Shown here: in pieces, positions 1-9,086 of the stretch | Position numbering within the stretch: position 1 is the stretch's first letter | Layout of the letters: the number at the start of each line of letters is the position of its first letter | Source of the DNA: Nanobdellota archaeon | GTDB lineage: Archaea > Nanobdellota > Nanobdellia > Pacearchaeales > GW2011-AR1 | DNA: 64,000 nt | Direction: 5' to 3' | Assembly: GCA_038046005.1 (NCBI GenBank) | Contig: JBBSXB010000001.1 | Span: 32,001 to 96,000, forward strand | Notes under the pieces: generated by a model | Told to the model about the DNA's origin: nothing | The model's input: only the letters and a program-made list of their open reading frames with translations | The model's database searches: none | Made by a program: the position numbers and the translations under genes

Positions 1-2
1 CA

Positions 3-1787
3 ATAAAAGGAGGATTTAATGGATTTGTAACGGCAGTAGGTTACGCTGCTGCTTTAGGAGCTATAGCAGGATTAACAGCAAAACTATTTGGAGCAAGCAG
101 TGCAGAAGCAAGTGCAATAGGCAAAGGAGTTGGATTTGGATATCTTGGATTTAAACTTACTTTAACTTTCGTGAAATTTATAGGAGTTGCCGGACCAGCT
201 GCACCAATCGTTGCAGCAGCAGTTGCTGTTGCCATATTCTTGGGTTTTTTATTTGGAACAAAAGACTACAAACAAGAGACAGTTGTTTTCCAGTGTCTTC
301 CTTGGCAGCCACAAGCTGGAGGAGACGATTGCAATAAATGCAACACTCAAATTTTGCCTTGCAGCGAATATCAATGTAAGTCTCTTGGAGTTAGCTGTGA
401 ATTAATAAACAAGGGCACGAATAAACAAAAGTGCTTTGCGACAAAGGCAAATGATGTGAAAGCTCCTGAAATAACTCCTGCAATAGAATTTTTGACTAAT
501 GGATTTATTTATAATCCAATTGAATCTAATAACTTTGGAGATAGAGGAGTAACAATTCAGAACACCGCACCCCCAACTAAATGTGTAAAAGCTTTCCAAT
601 CATTCACATTCGGATTTAAGACAGACGAACCTGCACAGTGCAAAGTTAGTACAACAAGACAAAAAAGCTTCAATGAAATGCCAAATATATATGTTGGAAG
701 CAATTATTGGACACTAAATCACACTATGTCAATGTCTTTCCCAAGCAAAGAATCTTTAGATGCTGAAAACATAACACTACAAAATGGGGGGCAGTTTAGC
801 CTTTATGTCAGGTGTCTCGATCAAAGTCCAAATAAAAATGCCAACACGGCTGACTTTGTCTTCAAATATTGTGTTGAAAATGGACCAGACACAACGCCCC
901 CATATATCGTGACAACAAATATTTTAGATAAAACTCCTGTCGCTTTCGGTCAGAGTTCTGTGGATGTCAACTTCTACATTAACGAGCCTGCTGAATGCAG
1001 ATGGACACATGATATTGACAAATCATTTGACAATATGGAAGGAACAATGAGCTGTGCGCAAAGAGTCACAGAATTTAATGTCCAGAATGTTTATCCATGC
1101 AAGGCTACATTAACAGGAATAAAAGATTCACAAGAAAATAAATTTTACATTAAATGTAAAGACAAACCTTTTTCAACAGGCAACAGAAACACAATGGCCC
1201 AAGGATATTCTTTCACTTTGATAGGAACAAAGCCTTTAGTCATAAGCGATATTGGCCCTAATGGAACAGTAAAAGATTCAACAGAAGCTGTGAAGGTTAC
1301 ATTAAGAGTTGAGACCACTGCAGGATACAAAGACGGACAAGCAACATGCTTCTACAGCGATACAGAAAATGAAAAGGACTACAATCAGTTTTACCCTACC
1401 ACTGGCGGAAACACTCATGCTCAAGATTTATGGTTACCTACAGGAAGTTACAAGTATTTTATAAAATGTGTTGACTTGGGAGGAAACATAGACACTAACT
1501 TCACAGAGTTTAATGTTGAAAGCGATAATCAAGCCCCATTAGTTGTAAGAGCTTATCACGAAGATGATTTATTAAAACTGATAACAAATGAAGAAGGGAA
1601 ATGTGTTTATTCAACCAGCGATTGCACTTATATCTTTGACGACGGACAGATTCTTAACAGCTTTGAAAAGAAAGAATTTTCAATAGGCTGGGATTCAAAA
1701 AGAACCTATTACATAAAATGCGAAGACCAATATGGAAATCAGCCATCACCAAATATGTGCAGTATAGTTGTAAGACCTTTGAATTGA
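3..1787 (+). CDS. 5'-truncated large surface protein: Gly/Ala-rich hydrophobic helices, Cys-rich segment, about 4 disulfide-bonded Ig-like repeats
   Basis: Frame is open from nt 3 (IKGGFNGFVTAVGYAAALGAIAG...), so the true start lies upstream of the window. Repeated motifs TDEPAQC/INEPAEC/TNEEGKC pair with LYVRCLD/FYIKCKD/YFIKCVD/YYIKCED. Confidence 0.75.
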   Translation: MKGGFNGFVTAVGYAAALGAIAGLTAKLFGASSAEASAIGKGVGFGYLGFKLTLTFVKFIGVAGPAAPIVAAAVAVAIFLGFLFGTKDYKQETVVFQCLPWQPQAGGDDCNKCNTQILPCSEYQCKSLGVSCELINKGTNKQKCFATKANDVKAPEITPAIEFLTNGFIYNPIESNNFGDRGVTIQNTAPPTKCVKAFQSFTFGFKTDEPAQCKVSTTRQKSFNEMPNIYVGSNYWTLNHTMSMSFPSKESLDAENITLQNGGQFSLYVRCLDQSPNKNANTADFVFKYCVENGPDTTPPYIVTTNILDKTPVAFGQSSVDVNFYINEPAECRWTHDIDKSFDNMEGTMSCAQRVTEFNVQNVYPCKATLTGIKDSQENKFYIKCKDKPFSTGNRNTMAQGYSFTLIGTKPLVISDIGPNGTVKDSTEAVKVTLRVETTAGYKDGQATCFYSDTENEKDYNQFYPTTGGNTHAQDLWLPTGSYKYFIKCVDLGGNIDTNFTEFNVESDNQAPLVVRAYHEDDLLKLITNEEGKCVYSTSDCTYIFDDGQILNSFEKKEFSIGWDSKRTYYIKCEDQYGNQPSPNMCSIVVRPLN

Positions 1788-1811
1788 TAAAATTGCGCAT
1801 ATTTCAATAAT

Positions 1812-1819
1812 TTTATAAG
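1812..1819 (+). promoter_or_regulatory. TATA box, leaderless transcript of pilin-like cluster
   Basis: TTTATAAG 21 nt before ATG 1841, the same spacing as at many other genes in the window. Confidence 0.55.
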
Positions 1820-1840
1820 TAATGAATAATTATTCTAATT

Positions 1841-2269
1841 ATGAGAAATAAAAAAGCAGCTATGGAGCTTTCTTTCGGGATGATTTTTTCTATAATATTA
1901 ATTATAGCATTTGTGGTTTTCGCTTTCTGGGGAATAAAAAAATTTATTGATTTGCAAAAAACAGCGCAAGTAGGGATATTCATAGACGACGTTAAAAATG
2001 ATGTTGATAGAATTTGGAAATCTTCGCAAAGCTCTGAGAAAAAAACATATTCACTTCCTTCAAAGATAGAAAAAGTCTGCTTTTCACAAAATTCTGAGAT
2101 TTATTTTGAACCACCTGGAAGCGGAGGAAATTTTGATTATACTCCAGTAGACCATATTAATATCCAACAACCAGACTCGGGAGATTTTTGTGTCAACAAT
2201 ATTCAAGGCAAGGTTTACTTAACATTAAAAAAAAGCTTTGACGAAAATTTGGTGAATGTAAACAGGTAA
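1841..2269 (+). CDS. Type IV pilin-like protein (class III signal peptide)
   Basis: MRNKKA|AMELS followed by a hydrophobic helix. Confidence 0.7.
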   Translation: MRNKKAAMELSFGMIFSIILIIAFVVFAFWGIKKFIDLQKTAQVGIFIDDVKNDVDRIWKSSQSSEKKTYSLPSKIEKVCFSQNSEIYFEPPGSGGNFDYTPVDHINIQQPDSGDFCVNNIQGKVYLTLKKSFDENLVNVNR

Positions 2270-2273
2270 AAAT

Positions 2274-3215
2274 ATGACAAAAATCGGCAAACAAGGTTTT
2301 TTAGAAATGTCTTTTAGCTGGATGTTTGCCCTTATCGTAGGAGCTTTCATACTTTTTTTAGCGATATTTTTTATTGTTAAATTCGTGAACACAGAGCAAA
2401 CTTCAAGCGACGTTCAGGCAAGCAAAAGTTTGGGAATCATCACAAACCCTCTGGAAACTCTTTCTGGTGAATCAAAAGTCACGTTATTGGCTTTAAACTC
2501 TCAAACAAAGATTTATGACAGCTGTCAAGGTTCTGGAGAATTTGGAGAACAATTAGTAAGAGTTAATCAACAAGCTTTAGGAAAATATTCTGATTCTGCT
2601 TTAGAATCAAGTTTCGAAAACAAATATTTCTTTTCTGAAAGCATAATTGAAGATAAAAATTTTTATCTTTTTTCAAAACCATTTGAATTTCCATTCAAAG
2701 TTGCAGATCTTATTTACATAATCCCCCAAACAAAAATCTATTGTTTTGTGAAGCCGCCAAAAGACATTAGCGACGAGATAAATAACCTGGGAATAAAAAG
2801 CATAATTAATGTGTCAAAACAAGCAGATTGCGGCCAGAATAGCATTGATGTTTGTTTTGAAGAAAATTGTGGCATAAATGTAAATTACAATTTAGGATAT
2901 GTCCAAAAAGGAAGCGATAGGCTTTATTTTGAAGGATTAGACAAAGGAAATGCGTTAATGTATGGGGCAATTTTTTCTGAAAAAAGTTTTTACGAATGCC
3001 AAGTTAAAAGGCTTATGAAAAAAACTGAAAAGCTTGCTGAGGTGTATGAGTCAAAAAAAGGAATTGTTCAACCGAATGGGTGCGATTCAAATGTTAATTT
3101 TGACTCTTTAAAAAGTTCCATTTCAAGCTATAAAGATTCTTCAGATTTAACTCCAATGATTTTTAGCGTGAATGAAATCAAGAAAAATAATGTAGGGGTG
3201 TGCAGATTATGGTAA
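2274..3215 (+). CDS. Cys-rich pilin-like protein (class III signal peptide)
   Basis: KIGKQG|FLEMS plus hydrophobic helix; several Cys. Confidence 0.65.
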   Translation: MTKIGKQGFLEMSFSWMFALIVGAFILFLAIFFIVKFVNTEQTSSDVQASKSLGIITNPLETLSGESKVTLLALNSQTKIYDSCQGSGEFGEQLVRVNQQALGKYSDSALESSFENKYFFSESIIEDKNFYLFSKPFEFPFKVADLIYIIPQTKIYCFVKPPKDISDEINNLGIKSIINVSKQADCGQNSIDVCFEENCGINVNYNLGYVQKGSDRLYFEGLDKGNALMYGAIFSEKSFYECQVKRLMKKTEKLAEVYESKKGIVQPNGCDSNVNFDSLKSSISSYKDSSDLTPMIFSVNEIKKNNVGVCRLW

Positions 3216-3727
3216 AAAAATCAAAACGTTCACAAATGAAAATACAGCAAACTGCATTTATGCTGATAGCTGTGACTTTGCTTTTTGTTTTGGCTGGAGT
3301 TTTTTTTCTTGGATTCAAACTTTCAGGCCTTAAAAAACAGGCACTTTCTTTGGAAGAGAACAATGCGTTGCTTTTAGTATCAAAGTTAGCCAACTCGCCT
3401 GAATTCTCTTGTGAAAATGCTTTCGGAACAAAAAGAACAAATTGTGTTGACGAAGATAAAGTTATGGCTTTAAAAAATAATGAAGGCTACGCAGGATTTT
3501 GGGGCAAATCAAATATTGAGATAAGGAAAATCGGGAGTAGCGAAAAAGAATGCACAATTGCAAATTACCCCGATTGTGATGTGATAAAGATAGCAGATGG
3601 GAAACAAGGTGGGGCATATGTTGGAAATTTTGTGGCGTTATGCAGAAAAGCTAATGTTAATGGATATATTGAAGATAAATGTGAAGTTGCGAAACTTTTA
3701 GTTAGTTATGGAGTTCAAAATGGGTAG
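3209..3727 (+). CDS. Pilin-like protein (class III signal peptide)
   Basis: MVKKSKRS|QMKIQ plus hydrophobic helix; ATG 3209 preferred over GTG 3200. Confidence 0.65.
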   Translation: MVKKSKRSQMKIQQTAFMLIAVTLLFVLAGVFFLGFKLSGLKKQALSLEENNALLLVSKLANSPEFSCENAFGTKRTNCVDEDKVMALKNNEGYAGFWGKSNIEIRKIGSSEKECTIANYPDCDVIKIADGKQGGAYVGNFVALCRKANVNGYIEDKCEVAKLLVSYGVQNG

Positions 3728-4202
3728 AAAAAACAAAGCGCAGGAAGAGATGGTAGGGTTTGGATTGATAATAGCCCTAGTGGCAATAATATTACTTGTT
3801 TTTTTATGGTTCTCTTTTTCTAATTCAAAAAAAGAGACAGTTCAAAGCTATGAAGCGGAAAGTTTTGTCCAAGCTGCCCTGCAATATAGTTCTGAATGTC
3901 AGGATTCAAGAGGAAACTTCATGGATGTGGAAGATTTGATATCTGCCTGTTACAAAAAGATTAAATGTTCGGATGAAAAAGATACCTGTCAGGTTCTTAA
4001 CTCTAGTCTGGCTACTATCTTGAAAGATTCTTGGAAAGTAGAGAAAAACAGCCCAATAAAAGGTTATGAGATGAATATCAGTGTGAATGGGGAGGGAGTC
4101 TTTTATGCAAAAGAAGGGAACTCTACTGCAGAAAGTAAGGGAGCGATTCAAGCACTTCCAACCGGGAAAAGTGCAGAGATAGTGTTTAATGCATATTACT
4201 AA
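3720..4202 (+). CDS. Pilin-like protein (class III signal peptide)
   Basis: MGRKNKA|QEEMV plus hydrophobic helix; start adjusted to 3720. Confidence 0.7.
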   Translation: MGRKNKAQEEMVGFGLIIALVAIILLVFLWFSFSNSKKETVQSYEAESFVQAALQYSSECQDSRGNFMDVEDLISACYKKIKCSDEKDTCQVLNSSLATILKDSWKVEKNSPIKGYEMNISVNGEGVFYAKEGNSTAESKGAIQALPTGKSAEIVFNAYY

Positions 4203-4552
4203 ACTTTGAAGTGAAGCGTGATTGTATCAACAATTATTTCTGGTTTATGCCTTGTTCTGCTCGTGCCTTTTTCCTCAATAAAGTCTATGAAACCAAATCT
4301 TTCAAGCAATTTAAGGTCTTCATAAACTGACTTAAAATTTCTCTTTAAAATTTTGGCGAGCTCATATATAGAGTTAGGCTTTTGATATTTTATAACATGA
4401 AGAATCCTTGCTTTTTCATTGCTTAGCAACCTTCGTAAGGTTGAGATACCTTCAAAGTCATAATCTTGCTTTGTAGTCTCTGACTTTTTAAAAAAAGAAA
4501 ACACTCCTTCCTCTTCAACAATTGTAATTTCTCTAGTCTTTATTTTTGACAT
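4199..4552 (-). CDS. Winged HTH DNA-binding protein (HVO_A0114-like)
   Basis: LLSNEKARILHVIKYQKPNSIYELAKILKRNFKSVYEDLKLLERFGFI is a typical HTH of this family. Confidence 0.75.
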   Translation of the reverse strand: MSKIKTREITIVEEEGVFSFFKKSETTKQDYDFEGISTLRRLLSNEKARILHVIKYQKPNSIYELAKILKRNFKSVYEDLKLLERFGFIDFIEEKGTSRTRHKPEIIVDTITLHFKV

Positions 4553-4556
4553 TTGA

Positions 4557-4647
4557 ATATATGTTTTATTTTATCATATATCCCAAAATGGGTTTTTGAA
4601 AATATATGTTCTTTCAAAACATATGTATTGTATTAAACCATACATAT
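4557..4647. promoter_or_regulatory. Tandem palindromic operator-like sites ATATG-N11-CATAT
   Basis: ATATATG-N11-CATATAT (4557-4581), ATATATG-N11-CATATGT (4602-4626) and ATATGTAT-N11-ATACATAT (4621-4647), directly upstream of the HTH gene. Confidence 0.6.
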
Positions 4648-4719
4648 TAATAAATCTTTCTGTTTAAAACAATAAGATACCACTAAAAGCCGTAGTAATG
4701 AGGTAGTGACAGCATAACC

Positions 4720-4933
4720 TTTATAAATAAACCTAAAGAAATAAAGCATTCTAACAAAAAGGGGTGAAAAATGTACAATAAGCTTTTTAAAGGAAAGCTG
4801 CTTAAGTCATTCACACCTCTTAGTTGAGGTTATAGAATTAGTAGCTATAGAGAGGGCGAACACCTCTATAACAAACAGAGGGGTTGTCTTAGACAACATG
4901 GTCATATAGGTGAAAGGAGGTTATTAAAAAATA
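4720..4933 (+). promoter_or_regulatory. S-layer gene promoters and structured 5' leader
   Basis: TTTATAAA at 4720 and TTTTAAA near 4785; hairpins 4815-4830, 4846-4870, 4883-4897; SD-like GGTGAAAGGAGG before the ATG. Confidence 0.5.
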
Positions 4934-7606
4934 ATGAAAATTAATTTCAAAAAAATATCGGCAATTGCAACGAGTGCTATAATGGTCGGTATGACTATGG
5001 GAGTTGCTGCAGCAGCAAATTACCCTGCTCCATTCGTACAAGGAGGAGCAGCAAATGCGGCTGTAGTATATGGTACCGGAAGCGGAGTTTCAATTCTAGA
5101 TGCTATTGAAGCAGGAAACATTCAAACAGACCTGCAAAGATATCTAGCATCCTCTACAGGAGCTACTGGTGCAACAACCAGTGGTGAAACAATATCATTA
5201 GATACAAGCGCAACAAGAATATGGTTGAACACATCGTTAAACACTGCTAAAACACAGTTAACGAAAGTAGATCTTCCAAAGGTTCTTGCAGACTACACTT
5301 TCTCTGGAAATGTTGACTCAAAATTGACATCCACTGTAAAGTTGGTTGCTGGCGCTAACGCTGGAACGGAAAATTCTGGAAAAGTAATTTTCGGAAAAAT
5401 ACCAACTTCAAGCTCAGACCCTCAAGTAGGAGTCAGCTTAGGAAGCAGTCAAACCTCTAACCCATTATATAATGCCTCAGCAACAATGGCTGCAGTTAAT
5501 TTCACTCATGCAGATTCAGAAGGACAACCAATAGTATTGTTTGGACAAAAGTTTACTATCGCTGCTTCAACAGACACTACCAAAATAGTGTTATTGAAAG
5601 AGGCACAAAAACTTAGTCTTGATGACAAGAATCCTTCAGCAACAGTTACCATCGGAGGACAGACATACACAGTTGAAATGATGTCTGCATCTACTACATC
5701 TGCTACAATAAAAGTAACAGATAGCAGTGGAAATAGTGACTCTAGAGAAATTAGTGAAGCAGCAGATAAGAAAGTCCAAGGGCTTAATATCGCCGTAATA
5801 AACGCAGACTCAAATAACTTAAAGTTATCTGCAACAATAATTGCAGGAGCTCAGAAAGTGACTTTAACTAATGGGGCTACAGTTACTACAGGAGATAATG
5901 ATGATCCTATAAACGGGGCTTATGCTTACATTGTTGGTGGAACAGGTGCAACTACTGAAATCGCTATTGCTGTATTCAGACCAGACTCAAGTAATGATGC
6001 AATCCTAGAAGGGCAAAGCTTTACAGACCCTGTATTTGGATCATTCAAACTTGATTTTGCTGGATTGAGTACACCTTTGAATAGCTCGGCAAGAGACCAA
6101 ATTATTGTTGCTCCTTCGGGAGACACAAACATGGCCTTAACAATGACTGATGATGGTGGAAACACAAAAACAGTGGAATTCGCACACAACCAGTCTAGCC
6201 AGTGGTTCTTAGGAGACAGTAATAACAATAGTATCGGAACAATAGAAATGGCAAACCTTTCCCTAGGTACAAATGGGAGAAAGTTTGTTGTTCTTGGAAA
6301 CCAGGAATATGGACATTTACTTGAATTGTATGACATGTACAATCAAACAACAGGATCTAACTCTATTACAAACGATAGGGCAAGATTCAGAGATGCCTTT
6401 TCCGGAGATACATATGATACAGTATTTGTAACCACAGAAGGTCAAGGTACTCTTGATGTTGAAGGTAAGAGATATACAGTTAACTTTACAGGTGATGGGG
6501 ATACTGCTTGGGCAATGGTAAAATACCCAACAACAGATTCTGCAGCCGGAGAGTATGTAGCTTTCCCTACAATAAAAGCTAAAGGCAATGAGTTAGTAAT
6601 GTTGTATCAACCTACGCTAATCAATTTGACAGGGCATGAAGGAGGTCACGTAGATGTGACTAAATTATGGTTCCCTGACGGAGATGGCTATACGGGGGTT
6701 GCTATAACGATTAGTAACGGATCAGCAAATAATGAAGTGTGGGGATTTGGTGGATCTCTTTTAAACACCTCGCAAGCTAGTGGTGCAAACAGTACAACTG
6801 CTACAATTGGTAAGTATATTGTGAACTTCTCATCTACAGGAACTGCAAATCAGACCAAAATCCAGATTGCAAATCCTGAAAGTACCGGAGTATCGCTTAA
6901 AGAGCCGGGAGTAATCATCTTTGAAGGTAAAGGTGATACAAGTACAAACGACTATCATGTTATAGCCGTTGACTTGGAAAATGCTCCTGCTGGAACAAGC
7001 AACGACGGTGTAGGAGTTAGCGACATATTGTTCTCATCTCCAACGCATTGGGAAGCAACAAGAGCAAGTGATAGTGATATCACCGATCATGTTGACTACT
7101 TTGGAACACTCGCTTCGCAAGATTCAAACACAGCAAGTAAGGTAAAAGCTACGTTAAGTTTCCCACCAAGTCAAACATATGCACAGTTGTATATGGGTGA
7201 AAAAGCCTCCAGCGTAACAGCTGGAACAACAGGCAGTAGTGGATCCTCAACCCCATTAGGAGAAATCCTAGTTAAGGATAGTGAGGTATCTTCAGTAGCT
7301 ACAAAGAACTTAATAGTTGTTGGTGGAAGCTGTATAAATTCAGCTGCTGCTACACTAGTAGGTGGAGCTTTCTGCGGTGCTGATTGGACTGGTAAGACAG
7401 GAGTTGGAGCAGGACAGTTCTGGATTAAGGGATATGCTACAAGCACCCTTACATCAAGCGGTAAAGTCGCATTACTTGTTGCAGGTTACAACGCAGCAGA
7501 TACAGTAAATGCAGCTAAGTATCTAAGAACGCAAGTTGTAGATACAAGCAAGGCTTACTTAGGAACTTCCGCTACAAGTGCCACTTTGGTTACTTCGACA
7601 GCTTAA
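4934..7606 (+). CDS. Major S-layer protein (Methanococcus-type N- and C-terminal domains)
   Basis: N-term KKISAIATSAIMVGMTMGVAAAANYPAPFV...VVYG; C-term ILVKDSEV...NLIVVGGSCINSAAA...LLVAGYNAADT; Thr/Ser/Gly rich with many NxS/T sequons. Confidence 0.85.
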   Translation: MKINFKKISAIATSAIMVGMTMGVAAAANYPAPFVQGGAANAAVVYGTGSGVSILDAIEAGNIQTDLQRYLASSTGATGATTSGETISLDTSATRIWLNTSLNTAKTQLTKVDLPKVLADYTFSGNVDSKLTSTVKLVAGANAGTENSGKVIFGKIPTSSSDPQVGVSLGSSQTSNPLYNASATMAAVNFTHADSEGQPIVLFGQKFTIAASTDTTKIVLLKEAQKLSLDDKNPSATVTIGGQTYTVEMMSASTTSATIKVTDSSGNSDSREISEAADKKVQGLNIAVINADSNNLKLSATIIAGAQKVTLTNGATVTTGDNDDPINGAYAYIVGGTGATTEIAIAVFRPDSSNDAILEGQSFTDPVFGSFKLDFAGLSTPLNSSARDQIIVAPSGDTNMALTMTDDGGNTKTVEFAHNQSSQWFLGDSNNNSIGTIEMANLSLGTNGRKFVVLGNQEYGHLLELYDMYNQTTGSNSITNDRARFRDAFSGDTYDTVFVTTEGQGTLDVEGKRYTVNFTGDGDTAWAMVKYPTTDSAAGEYVAFPTIKAKGNELVMLYQPTLINLTGHEGGHVDVTKLWFPDGDGYTGVAITISNGSANNEVWGFGGSLLNTSQASGANSTTATIGKYIVNFSSTGTANQTKIQIANPESTGVSLKEPGVIIFEGKGDTSTNDYHVIAVDLENAPAGTSNDGVGVSDILFSSPTHWEATRASDSDITDHVDYFGTLASQDSNTASKVKATLSFPPSQTYAQLYMGEKASSVTAGTTGSSGSSTPLGEILVKDSEVSSVATKNLIVVGGSCINSAAATLVGGAFCGADWTGKTGVGAGQFWIKGYATSTLTSSGKVALLVAGYNAADTVNAAKYLRTQVVDTSKAYLGTSATSATLVTSTA

Positions 7607-7643
7607 TTTTTTATTTTTATTTTTATTTTTCTTTTATTTTTTG
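7607..7643 (+). terminator. Oligo-T archaeal terminator
   Basis: Long T-rich tract immediately after the S-layer stop codon. Confidence 0.65.
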
Positions 7644-7735
7644 TATCCTGTGAGAACTATAGAAATTTTAAAGCATCAGAAATCTTTTTATAGTATAAAC
7701 ATGAATTTATTAAAGGTAAGAAAGCTCAGAATAAA

Positions 7736-8314
7736 ATGAGAAAAATAACATCTAAAGAGGACGAAGAGAAAAAAAGAAAGAGAAACCAGCTTATTGTCGG
7801 TTTTATTTTAGCTTTTGTTATGATAGTGAGTACTTTGGGTTTTGCATTTCAAAGCCAGGACACTAGCAACACAAATTCAGGAAAAATCAAGTACAACGAT
7901 TACGAATTTTTAAATCAAAACGGACTTTGGCATACTACTTTAGGAAATTATCAATTTGCATTTGCATACAACCCTAATCAGGTAGAAAAAATAAATTCGC
8001 AAGTTAATCTGCTGAATAACTATGTGGCCGAGCCGATTTACATTTCTTCGCAAAGCTATGACAGTGAGAGTGAGATTTACAGAAACCTTGACCAAATTGT
8101 TTTGAGAAGACAATACGCTTGCTTGGAAAACGAGACTTGTCTTGACAAAAATTTCCCAATAAAAACATGTGAGGATAATTTTATAATAATTGAAGAGTCA
8201 AATGTCAGTGAAATAACACAGCGACAAAATTGTGTTTTCATAAAGGGCAAACTTGAGAATTTGCCAAAGATTACTGATGAATTTCTGTTCAAAATTTTGG
8301 GCATAGAAAAGTAA
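7736..8314 (+). CDS. Membrane-anchored hypothetical protein
   Basis: Basic N-term, one TM helix, Cys-containing extracellular domain; TATA box 22 nt upstream. Confidence 0.7.
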   Translation: MRKITSKEDEEKKRKRNQLIVGFILAFVMIVSTLGFAFQSQDTSNTNSGKIKYNDYEFLNQNGLWHTTLGNYQFAFAYNPNQVEKINSQVNLLNNYVAEPIYISSQSYDSESEIYRNLDQIVLRRQYACLENETCLDKNFPIKTCEDNFIIIEESNVSEITQRQNCVFIKGKLENLPKITDEFLFKILGIEK

Positions 8315-8369
8315 TTCGAAAGGCTTATAAAATAAAGATTATAGAGAAAATAATCTCTTGCAAATTAAA

Positions 8370-9086
8370 ATGGAAAAAAAAGAAACTGATAAACTAAGTG
8401 TTCCAAAAGAAGATTTAAACAAAGCAGCGGCACCAACCAAGGTAGACAATGAAAACAAAACATTAAGAAATCTTTTCATAATCGTCGGTGTTTTAGTTGT
8501 TTTCTTTATTGTTTGGATAGTCGTGAGCAAGGAAAGCAATAAATTCGAGTATAATGGAGTCAAATTCGAGAGAGTCAAAGAGATAGCCCCATACCGGACA
8601 AGCCTTCCCATTCTTATGAAAGACCCGATTACTGGAGCAACAAGTCAAGTTCCATATTATTTTTACCTGAGGAAAGATCCAAAAATTTCTGGAGAAGTTG
8701 TTTTCAATGGAACTTTAAACATAAAGAAAAACATGGTCATAGCTAGCGATGCAGAATTAAACTGCGGCGGTGACGGAATCATATCTGTGGCAAATCTTGC
8801 AAAACTTTATGGTGTTTTGGGAACAAAGGTCATAAAAGATGAAAATGCGGGCTGCGACCCACCTGGAAACTTTATGTATGTCAATATGTCCATATCGAAT
8901 GAGACAAGAATAGACCAGTATGGGCCGGCATGTTATTCAATAAAAATAAAGAATTGTGAGGTATTGGATGCAACAGAAAGATTCATGGTAGAGACATTTG
9001 TTAAAGTTAATGACCTTGTTGCTGATGCGATCAGAGCGAAAAGTTCTTTAGGCAACACGAATAATTCTAGTAATGTTACTGTTTAA
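8370..9086 (+). CDS. Membrane-anchored hypothetical protein, likely distant paralog of 7736-8314
   Basis: One TM helix, then KFEYNGVKF (cf. KIKYNDYEF), similar C-terminal Cys pattern; ATG 8370. Confidence 0.65.
   Translation: MEKKETDKLSVPKEDLNKAAAPTKVDNENKTLRNLFIIVGVLVVFFIVWIVVSKESNKFEYNGVKFERVKEIAPYRTSLPILMKDPITGATSQVPYYFYLRKDPKISGEVVFNGTLNIKKNMVIASDAELNCGGDGIISVANLAKLYGVLGTKVIKDENAGCDPPGNFMYVNMSISNETRIDQYGPACYSIKIKNCEVLDATERFMVETFVKVNDLVADAIRAKSSLGNTNNSSNVTV

Noticed and set aside
8336-8356. Palindrome AGATTAT-N7-ATAATCT upstream of 8370
   Set aside because: A single AT-rich 7-bp stem with no second copy seen; it may be chance.
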